This document shows positions 57,211 through 64,000 of a stretch of DNA of 64,000 bases, piece by piece. The DNA comes from Dehalococcoidia bacterium. Lineage in GTDB: Bacteria > Chloroflexota > Dehalococcoidia > Lucifugimonadales > UBA3495. Location of the stretch: NCBI GenBank assembly GCA_965115825.1, contig OZ220464.1, forward strand, positions 2,901,945-2,965,944. The letters run 5' to 3'. Each line of letters opens with the position of its first letter. The first letter of the stretch is position 1. The translations under genes and the position numbers were made by a program. The notes beneath the pieces were generated by a model that was given only the letters and a program-made list of their open reading frames with translations, was not told the origin of the DNA and made no database searches.

Positions 57211-58248
57211 TTATGCGTTGTCCAGCCGGTCGTGCTCTTCAAGTATTCTGCGGGCGTTGTCGACGTCCCGGTTCATCTGGGCGATGAGGGCGTCAATGCC
57301 GTCAAAGGTTTCCTGGCCGCGGAGGCGGGAGACGAACTCCAGGCGGAGGTTGTGGTCGTAGATGTCATCGGAGAAGTCGAGCAGGTAGGCTTCGATGAGG
57401 CGTTGGCTGAGGCCAAAGGTGGGGCGAACGCCGATGCTGGTGGCGGCCGGGCGTCGCACGCCGTTGACGGTGGCGTAGGTGGCGTACACGCCGTCGGCGG
57501 GGATGACGAAGTTGGGCATGGGGGTGATGTTGGCGGTGGGGAAGCCGAGCTGTCGGCCCATTTTGGCGCCGTGGACGACGATGCCGTCGGTGGCATAGGG
57601 GCGTCCGAGGAGGAACTCGGCGCCGTCGACGTTGCCGTCGGCGAGGGCGTTGCGAACGCGGCGGCTGCGCACCGGCGCGCCTTCGAGTTCCAGGGGAGGG
57701 ACGGTTTCAACCCAGAAGCCCATGGCTGCGCCGCGTCGGCGGAGGTAATCCAAGTTGCCGCTGCGGTTCCGCCCCAGGGCGAAATCGGGGCCGGTGACGA
57801 TGCCGCGCATATTCAGGCAGTTGACGAGGAGGTCGGTGAACTCGTTGGCGTCGACGTTGGCAAGTTCGTTGGTGAACTCCAGGCAGATGACGCGGCCGAC
57901 GCCGGCGTCGTAGAGGAGATTTACCTTTTCCTCGGGAGTGATGATTTTATTGACTACGCGGTCGGGGTTGACGACTTCGGCGGGATGGTTGCTGAAGGTG
58001 ATGACGGTGGAGAGCATGGCGGGGTCGGCGCGCTGGAACATGCGGTGGAGCAGGTGGCGGTGTCCGCGATGAACGCCGTCGAAGACGCCGATGGTAATGA
58101 CGGATTCGCTGCCGGGCGGAGGCGTAGCTTCAGCCAGCGCCTGGCGAAAGCCGCCTTTACCAAGGGTCCGGGGGTCAGCGTTTTCCGGGGTGGGCATTGC
58201 TGCTGGATGGCCGGCGAAATTGTGAACGGGACAGGATGATGGTAGCAC
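57211..58248 (-). CDS. ribF: Bifunctional riboflavin kinase / FMN adenylyltransferase
   Basis: IGVFDGVHRGH, GRPY...G.VVHG...GR.LGFPTAN, E..L.DF..D.Y. The true start may be ATG 58197. Confidence 0.88.
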   Translation of the reverse strand: MLPSSCPVHNFAGHPAAMPTPENADPRTLGKGGFRQALAEATPPPGSESVITIGVFDGVHRGHRHLLHRMFQRADPAMLSTVITFSNHPAEVVNPDRVVNKIITPEEKVNLLYDAGVGRVICLEFTNELANVDANEFTDLLVNCLNMRGIVTGPDFALGRNRSGNLDYLRRRGAAMGFWVETVPPLELEGAPVRSRRVRNALADGNVDGAEFLLGRPYATDGIVVHGAKMGRQLGFPTANITPMPNFVIPADGVYATYATVNGVRRPAATSIGVRPTFGLSQRLIEAYLLDFSDDIYDHNLRLEFVSRLRGQETFDGIDALIAQMNRDVDNARRILEEHDRLDNA

Positions 58249-58358
58249 AATCGCCGGCGGACGGGCAAGCAGAGGGGAGTGCGGCGGGCGGTGAAGTGAG
58301 CCCGGCGCGGCTGCTTTAGGATGAGTTAGGTATAGGGAGGCGCGCCGTCGCGTCCGGG

Positions 58359-60110
58359 TTAGCGGCCCATGGCGTAGCCGTCGCGTCGCAGGTCGGCGCC
58401 GGCGTAGATTGCGCCGCTTTCCCGGTCAACCTCAATGGCGCAGAGGGATCCCATGCGGGGAGTCCATTCGTCCCACACGTCGACGTCGTGGCCGCGCTTG
58501 CGGAGGTCGTCGACTACGGAGGGAGCGATGCGGGATTCGACGCCGACGAGGCCGGGGCGGTAAGCGTGGGGCCAGAAGGAATTGGGGAAGCTCCAGGTGG
58601 ATGCGCGGGGGGCTTCGATGGCCTGCTGGACATCCATGCCGAACTCGGCGACGTTGAGGAACAGCTGGGTCATGGATTGGGGCTGGACGTCGCCGCCGGG
58701 GGTGCCGAAGGGTAGCCAGGGTTTGCCGTCCTTGAAGGCGATGGCCGGGTTGGGGGTGAGTCGCGGGCGCTTGCCGGGGGCGAGGCTGCTGGGGTGTTCA
58801 GCGTCCAGCCAGCTTTGGGCGCCGCGGGCGGAGACCATAAAGCCGAGGCCGGGGACGATGGGGGCGCCACCGAAGCCATCGCTAGGAGTAGCGGAGAAGG
58901 CGTTGCCCCAGCGGTCAACGGCGCAGATGTAGGAGGTGTCGGCGGAGAGGGGGCCGGCCATTGCTGCGGGCTGCGGCGCGGCGCGTCCACTGCCGGGTTG
59001 ATAGGCCCAGGGGTTGCCGGCGTCAGGCATTTCGGGGTGGGCCCGGTGGAGGTCAATCTCGCGGCGGCGGCAGTCGGCATACTCGGGGGAGAGGAGGCCG
59101 GTCATGGGGACGTCGACAAAGTCGGGGTCGCCGTAGTAGGCGTGGCGGTCGGCGAAGGCGAGTTTCAGGGCTTCGAGGAGGGTGTGGAGGTAATCAGCGG
59201 AGTTGTGGCCCATGCGTTGGAGGTCGCAGCCTTCGAGGATGCGGAGGGCGTGGAGGAGCATGGGGCCCTGGCACCACGGGCCGCAGGCATATACGTCGAT
59301 GCCTTTGTAGTCAATCATGGGTGGGGCGTCGACGCCGACGGAGAAGTCGGCGAGGTCCTGCATTGAGAGCCAACCGCCCTGGCTGCGGATGAAGGCGACC
59401 ATTTCCTCGGCGATGTCGCCGTGGTAGAAGAGGTCGCGGGCAGCTTGGATGCCGGCTTCGCGGCCACTGCCGTTGACGGACTGCTCGGCGTGGATCATTC
59501 GGCGGAAGGTACGGGCGAGGTCGGTTTGGACGAGGAGGTCGCCGATGTTCAGGGGCTGGCCGCCGGGGTAGAAAATCCGCATGTTACTGGCCCACTGGCT
59601 GGTGTCGCCCTCGTCCAGGATGATGTTGTCGCCGCTGCTGACCAAGGCGCGGTGGAGGGTGGCGGGTATGGGGAAGCCGTGCTGGGCGATTTCCAGGGCG
59701 GGAGTTACCACCTGCTCGAAGGACATGGAACCGTAGCGGGAGAGGGCGGTGAGCCAAGCGTCCGGCGCGGCGGGGGTAACGGTGCGCATGACGCCGTGGG
59801 GCATATCGCCGTCGTGGTGGCGATGGAAGTAGTCGGCGGAGGCTGCGGACGGCCAGCGTCCGAGGCCGCTGATTTCGCGGGTTTCGCCGGTGGAGGCGTG
59901 GTGGACGATGATGGGGGCGACGCCGCCGAAGCTGGTGTACTGGGGGAGGGTAACGTTGATGACGATGCCGGCGGCGACGCCGGCGTCAATGGCGTTGCCG
60001 CCCTGCTCGAGAATTCGGTAGCCGGCAGCGGTGGCCAGGTAGTGTCCGGTACTGATCATGTGGGTGACACCGCCGACCAGGGGGCGATAGCTGCGCAATC
60101 CGATAGCCAT
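58359..60110 (-). CDS. ggt: Gamma-glutamyltransferase
   Basis: GGNA.DA..A, autoprocessing region SADTSYICAVDRWGNAFSATPS, GTPGG. GGAGG SD before ATG 60110. Confidence 0.88.
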   Translation of the reverse strand: MAIGLRSYRPLVGGVTHMISTGHYLATAAGYRILEQGGNAIDAGVAAGIVINVTLPQYTSFGGVAPIIVHHASTGETREISGLGRWPSAASADYFHRHHDGDMPHGVMRTVTPAAPDAWLTALSRYGSMSFEQVVTPALEIAQHGFPIPATLHRALVSSGDNIILDEGDTSQWASNMRIFYPGGQPLNIGDLLVQTDLARTFRRMIHAEQSVNGSGREAGIQAARDLFYHGDIAEEMVAFIRSQGGWLSMQDLADFSVGVDAPPMIDYKGIDVYACGPWCQGPMLLHALRILEGCDLQRMGHNSADYLHTLLEALKLAFADRHAYYGDPDFVDVPMTGLLSPEYADCRRREIDLHRAHPEMPDAGNPWAYQPGSGRAAPQPAAMAGPLSADTSYICAVDRWGNAFSATPSDGFGGAPIVPGLGFMVSARGAQSWLDAEHPSSLAPGKRPRLTPNPAIAFKDGKPWLPFGTPGGDVQPQSMTQLFLNVAEFGMDVQQAIEAPRASTWSFPNSFWPHAYRPGLVGVESRIAPSVVDDLRKRGHDVDVWDEWTPRMGSLCAIEVDRESGAIYAGADLRRDGYAMGR

Positions 60111-60230
60111 GGGAATTACCTCCGCGTGAGCCAGCGCTAACGATAGCATTGCGCTGCTTGACGGCCGGCAGTATAGGGCATTGGGGGCAGGGTTGCCAGA
60201 GGGAGAACGGCCCGCTTGGGACCTTCGCGA

Positions 60231-60284
60231 TTATGTTGCGGCGCCTTTGGGGGGCGCGCGGGTGGTAGGGTTGGCGGTGTTCAT
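60231..60284 (-). CDS. 17-codon small ORF MNTANPTTRAPPKGAAT (copy B of the conserved sORF)
   Basis: Same upstream 55 nt (100% identical) and same peptide as copy A, apart from the absent NP dipeptide. All 4 substitutions are synonymous. Confidence 0.5.
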   Translation of the reverse strand: MNTANPTTRAPPKGAAT

Positions 60285-60337
60285 GGTGGTTGTTTCTCTC
60301 CTTTTGGTCGGTCGGTGGATTTTTGGTTGGGTTCCTG

Positions 60338-60581
60338 GGGGTTCAGGATGTCGGCGCTACGGCCTGAGAGCGTGGCTTGCTATTTACGTCCTAGTCTTGC
60401 GCGTGCTAACGGCTTCCTGCTTACGCAGTGCCCGTCCTCGCGCAGCGGTGGTGACTCCCGCCGTGCTGGGTGCGCCAGCCGGGTAATGTGACCGACCTCC
60501 GGCGCACCTACAGTGGTGCAATGGATCCGACATGCCGCACAGTACGGATGCGGCGGATTAGACCGTGATGTCCTGAACCCC
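60338..60581. ncRNA. Candidate structured RNA core of element copy B (strand unresolved)
   Basis: Closing helix ggggttcagga (60338-60348) / tcctgaacccc (60571-60581), with the same internal helices as copy A. Confidence 0.5.
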
Positions 60582-61018
60582 GTGAGACTCCTATTCAGTT
60601 GTGGTGTCGGGCAGTTGTCCTGGCCTGTGCACTGGGTTGGGACGGTTATACGACGGTTCGCGCGGGGCCGTTGGATGAGCCTGACGGGGATATTGTAGCA
60701 CGGTGGTACGGTTTTGCAAATGGGGTTTTTGTCAGAATCAGGATTTACGGGATTTTGGGATTTACAGGATGGGGGTTGTGGTGTGCGGCGCTGGAGGGGG
60801 GATGGGGGTTGGCGGTGGGGGATTGTCTGAATTGGGATTCATGGGATTTTAGGATTGAGGTAGGTTGCGGCGCAGGGGTGGATGGCGGCTGCGGGGGATT
60901 GGGGGGAGTGGACTGCGGATTGCGGCGGAATGAGGGTTGAGGGAGGGATGTTCTTTTGCCGGAGTGTGGATGGGGATTTCGGGTGAGGTGGGCAGGCGGG
61001 TGGGGAGGAGCTAGCCGA

Positions 61019-61140
61019 TTTCGCTACTCGCGATCCGACCTGCCGGTGGCGGAAAGAGTCCAGCGACGCAACGGATTACGTGATCCGTCACTGAAGCAGT
61101 CTTTTCCTGCTAAGTGCCCGCTGGAATCCGAGTAGCGAAA
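61019..61140 (+). ncRNA. Candidate structured RNA / 5' leader upstream of the LRR lipoprotein gene
   Basis: 12-bp closing helix tttcgctactcg (61019-61030) / cgagtagcgaaa (61129-61140). Inner 7-bp helix 61059-61065/61119-61125 encloses hairpins 61071-61088 and 61095-61111. No known family recognised. Confidence 0.35.
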
Positions 61141-61298
61141 CCGCCTCGGAGGAGAGGTGTGGGAGCGTGGTTGACAGATGGTTGTGAGAGGGATAGTTTT
61201 GGCGTTGCTAGGTGCGGGTTGGTCGTAGGCGGCTGATGGATGTTAGCGTCGGCGCTGCCGGCGGGCAGAGGGGAATGCGCCAGAGGGAAGATTACGCA

Positions 61299-63002
61299 AT
61301 GACCGAGACGACGATGGCGCCGGCGATTAGGGGAAAGTCACTAATGCTGGGGTTCTTTAAAGCGGCAGCGCTACTTGGGCTGATCTGCGCGCTGGCTTGG
61401 GTGGCGGCCGGGTGCGGCGGGCAGTCTCAGGCCGGGCCTACAGCAGCTGATCCACCCGCCAGCGGGGCGACAGGTACGGCTGCTCCGCCAGGCGGCGGGG
61501 CGACAGGTACGGCTGTTCCGCCAGGCGGCGGGGCGACAGGTACGGCTGCTCCGCCTGACGGCGGGTTGACAGGTGCGGCTGCATCCGACCGGGATGCGCT
61601 GGTTGCGTTATACAACGCTACAGGCGGCGATAATTGGGTCGCCAATGACTTCTGGTTGAGCGACGCGCCCCTGGGAGAATGGTACGGCGTAGATACCGAC
61701 GAAAACGGCAGGGTTACAAGTATTGACTTATATCGTAATAGACTAGGCGGCGAGATACCGGCGGAGCTGGGCAGCCTGACGAACTTGAGGGCATTGCGGT
61801 TGGGCGACCTAGTAGGTTGGACATTGGACCTCTACGGCAATCAACTGTCTCCAAGCCCACCTGACCCCTTCGGTAATGGATTGATCGGCGGGATACCCTC
61901 AGAGTTGGATAGCCTGACGAATTTGGAGGTGTCGCATCGCGGCGGCGAGTTGGCTGGCAGGATACCTTCAGAGTTGGGCAACCTGCCGAGAATGGAGACA
62001 GTATATTTCTCAGACAACCGACAGTTTCCAAGTTCACCTGACCCCTTCGGTAATACATTGACGGGAGAGATACCGGCGGAGCTGGGCAACCTGACAAGCT
62101 TAGAGACATTGGGACTCGGCGGCAATTGGTTGACGGGAGAGATACCGGCGGAGCTGGGCAACCTGATGAGCTTGGAGACATTGGGACTCGGCGACAATGA
62201 GTTGACGGGCAGGATACCGACGGAGCTGGGCAACCTGGGGAACTTGGAGACATTGAGTCTTTTTGCCAATCAGCTAACAGAGGAGATACCGACGGAGTTG
62301 GGCAACTTAGAGGACTTGTGGGTGTTGGATCTCTCCGTCAATCAGTTGACGGGCGGGATACCGTTGGAGTTGGGAAACCTGGCGAACTTGCGGATATTAG
62401 CTCTCGCAGATAATAAGTTGACGGGCGGGATACCGGCGGAGCTGGACAACTTGGCAAACTTGGAGGCATTGGATCTCAGCTATAATCAGCTGACAGGGGA
62501 GATACCGTCGGGGTTGATGAACCTAGCGAGCTTGGAGGCGTTGCGTCTCGGCTACATTGGGCTAACGGGGGAGATACCGTCGGGATTAGGCAACCTGACG
62601 AATTTGCGGGAATTGGATCTCTCCGACAATGAGCTAACGGGCAGAATACCGGCGGAGTTGGGCAACGTAGAGAATTTGTGGGAATTGGATCTCTCCGGCA
62701 ATGAGTTGACGGGCGGGATACCGGCGGCGCTGGGGGATCTGTGGCGCCTGGGGATATTGAGCCTTTCTGACAATCAGCTAGTAGGGGAGATACCGGCAGA
62801 GTTGGGGAACCTCGTCGGCTTGCAAGAGTTGCAGCTCAACAACAATCGGTTGACGGGGGAAGTACCGACGGAGTTGGGGAACCTGTGGAACTTGTGGAAA
62901 TTGGATCTCTCCGGCAATGAGTTGATGAGGTGTGTGCCAGCCGCTTTGCGTGATATCTACAAGAATGATTGGGATGAAGTGGGGCTGCCTTTCTGCGACT
63001 AG
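61299..63002 (+). CDS. Leucine-rich-repeat lipoprotein (plant-type 24-aa LRRs)
   Basis: Signal/lipobox ..WVAAGC, PPGGGATGTA repeats, then ~20 LRRs of L..L..L.L..N.LTG.IP.ELGNL. ATG 61299 has an upstream AGAGGGAAG. Confidence 0.8.
   Translation: MTETTMAPAIRGKSLMLGFFKAAALLGLICALAWVAAGCGGQSQAGPTAADPPASGATGTAAPPGGGATGTAVPPGGGATGTAAPPDGGLTGAAASDRDALVALYNATGGDNWVANDFWLSDAPLGEWYGVDTDENGRVTSIDLYRNRLGGEIPAELGSLTNLRALRLGDLVGWTLDLYGNQLSPSPPDPFGNGLIGGIPSELDSLTNLEVSHRGGELAGRIPSELGNLPRMETVYFSDNRQFPSSPDPFGNTLTGEIPAELGNLTSLETLGLGGNWLTGEIPAELGNLMSLETLGLGDNELTGRIPTELGNLGNLETLSLFANQLTEEIPTELGNLEDLWVLDLSVNQLTGGIPLELGNLANLRILALADNKLTGGIPAELDNLANLEALDLSYNQLTGEIPSGLMNLASLEALRLGYIGLTGEIPSGLGNLTNLRELDLSDNELTGRIPAELGNVENLWELDLSGNELTGGIPAALGDLWRLGILSLSDNQLVGEIPAELGNLVGLQELQLNNNRLTGEVPTELGNLWNLWKLDLSGNELMRCVPAALRDIYKNDWDEVGLPFCD
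61464..61583 (+). repeat. 33-nt tandem coding repeat (3.6 units; GATGTA(A/V)PPGG)
   Basis: ggggcgacaggtacggctgctccgccaggcggc repeated head-to-tail. Confidence 0.85.
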
Positions 63003-63178
63003 GGCGACAGCGACCTACGGTGGGAACGGGATTTCGGGTGGAGGTTGGCTTCCGACCATGTACTTTGACAGGGGGCGTGGGCGCCGGCTTCTGGCGGAAT
63101 GGAGGCTGGGTCGTGATGTTTCTTTCTTGACAGGGCGTTGAGGCCGGGCGCATACTGCGGCAACGGGGGAGAGCGCGT

Positions 63179-64000
63179 ATGACTAGACTGAACCTGCGAC
63201 CGGCCCAGCTTGCGATTGGCGGCCGCCACGTCCATTATGCTTGGGTTATCGTAGCGATTACCGCCATGATGCGCCTGGTGTCGTCGTCTTTCCGTATGTC
63301 TTTTCCGGCATTGGTGCCCTTTATCGCCGTGGGCTTTGGCTGGGAAGTCTGGCTCATCACACTGGCCTTTTCCTTGCAGTGGGTGATTTCGGGGGCGTTC
63401 GGGCCGCCGGCTGGCTGGATGGGGGACCGATACGGGGCGCGCTTTACGATGACCGTGGGGGCTTCGCTATACATCGTCGGGATGATTCTCACCGGCTTTA
63501 TGACTGAGATGTGGCACCTGTTTCTGTTTTTTGGGGTCATTCTCAGCGCGTCGATGGGCATTTTTCAGGTTCCGCTTACCGTTGCGGTAACGGCGTGGTT
63601 CCGCCGGCACCTGGGGGTTGGGATGGGCCTGCTGCAATCGTCGCAGGGCTTTGGGCCGGTGGTTGCGCTGCCGATAATGCTGGGCCTGGTAACCTGGTTC
63701 AGCGCCGGCGATGGAAAGGTATGGAGCGAACGTCTGGAGTTTCTGGGAAGCCCGGAGGTTCTGGGCATCCGCATGGCGTTCTGGATTCCCGGCATAATCG
63801 GCGGCATTATTCTGCTGCTGCTCACACGTGTTTTTTACAATACCCCGGAAGATGTGGGTCTGCGGCAGCTGGGCGACGATGGCGGTTCGGCATCCCCGCG
63901 GCGTCGCGTTGCCGCTACCGGACAGGAAGCCAAGGAGCGCGCCAAGTTTTTCCTGCGCAAGGTGCGCCAGACTCCGGCTTTCTGGAACCTGATTGGGATT
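63179..64000 (+). CDS. MFS transporter, N-terminal part (3' end outside window)
   Basis: Not in the ORF track because no stop is reached. My own translation from ATG 63179 is open to the window end and shows TM helices and the MFS loop motif GWMGDRYGARF. Confidence 0.75.
   Translation, partial: MTRLNLRPAQLAIGGRHVHYAWVIVAITAMMRLVSSSFRMSFPALVPFIAVGFGWEVWLITLAFSLQWVISGAFGPPAGWMGDRYGARFTMTVGASLYIVGMILTGFMTEMWHLFLFFGVILSASMGIFQVPLTVAVTAWFRRHLGVGMGLLQSSQGFGPVVALPIMLGLVTWFSAGDGKVWSERLEFLGSPEVLGIRMAFWIPGIIGGIILLLLTRVFYNTPEDVGLRQLGDDGGSASPRRRVAATGQEAKERAKFFLRKVRQTPAFWNLIGI

Larger units (their letters stand above)
60218..60778 (+). repeat. Copy B of the ~560-bp duplicated element
   Basis: Aligns with the reverse complement of 11826-12383. 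Contains the sORF (60231-60284, minus), core (60338-60581) and GGATTT motif (60731-60775). Confidence 0.85.

Noticed and set aside
56545-58239. 564-aa ORF antisense to tyrS/ribF (G/V/A/D-rich)
   Set aside because: Antisense shadow ORF spanning two genuine genes and their intergenic gap, with low-complexity composition.
60181-60698. ORFs inside the duplicated element (60181-60486, 60216-60491, 60513-60698 on +; 11937-12131, 12115-12306, 12147-12659 on -) that appear 'conserved' between the copies
   Set aside because: Their similarity only reflects the DNA duplication. 1-nt and 4-nt indels between copies switch the reading frame, so identical peptide stretches such as LRSARPRAAVVTPAVL are joined to different upstream frames. 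There are no RBSs. Only the 17/19-codon ORF on the other strand keeps its frame.
60974-63047. 13-nt direct repeat gggatttcgggtg flanking the LRR gene (60975 and 63031) as target-site or att-like repeats
   Set aside because: By my rough estimate a 13-mer match is expected by chance many times among all position pairs in 64 kb. There is no integrase or transposase, and it probably just belongs to the loose GGGATTT-rich intergenic sequence family.

Overview
High-GC bacterial chromosomal fragment, probably Chloroflexota. That assignment is an inference from a giant GT39 + DUF2298 membrane protein with the 'YYYWG' (TIGR03662-type) signature, three Uma2/DUF820 genes, and an 11-gene nuoABCDHIJKLMN operon without nuoEFG. 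Most genes are housekeeping: gyrA (3' part), trpS, comEC/comEA, the nuo operon, eno, gap, rnhA, an EF-G-like GTPase, an acyl-CoA mutase catalytic subunit, tyrS, ribF and ggt. Accessory material is interspersed. It includes a visibly AT-richer type II R-M island right after gyrA (beta-class MTase, HNH nuclease, small wHTH gene) and two single-polypeptide MmeI-like/type IIG R-M enzymes. It also includes toxin-antitoxin debris: a HepT pseudogene, DUF2283 with a decayed upstream partner, and two toxin-less HicB-like genes inside the nuo operon. The most unusual signal is a ~560-bp element present twice in inverted orientation (11826-12383 and 60218-60778), each copy directly upstream of a peptide-degrading enzyme gene. 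It contains a strongly conserved structured-RNA-like core, a 100% conserved C/A-rich linker, and a 17/19-codon ORF whose only inter-copy differences are four synonymous changes and one in-frame 6-nt indel. Also notable are a chorismate-mutase-like/TrpRS-like fusion next to trpS, and non-nuo genes embedded in the nuo operon, including a small protein with a duplicated HxxxCxCxxC motif. No rRNA, tRNA, CRISPR array, transposase or prophage genes were recognised. All calls come from reading the sequence and ORF translations by eye; no searches were run.
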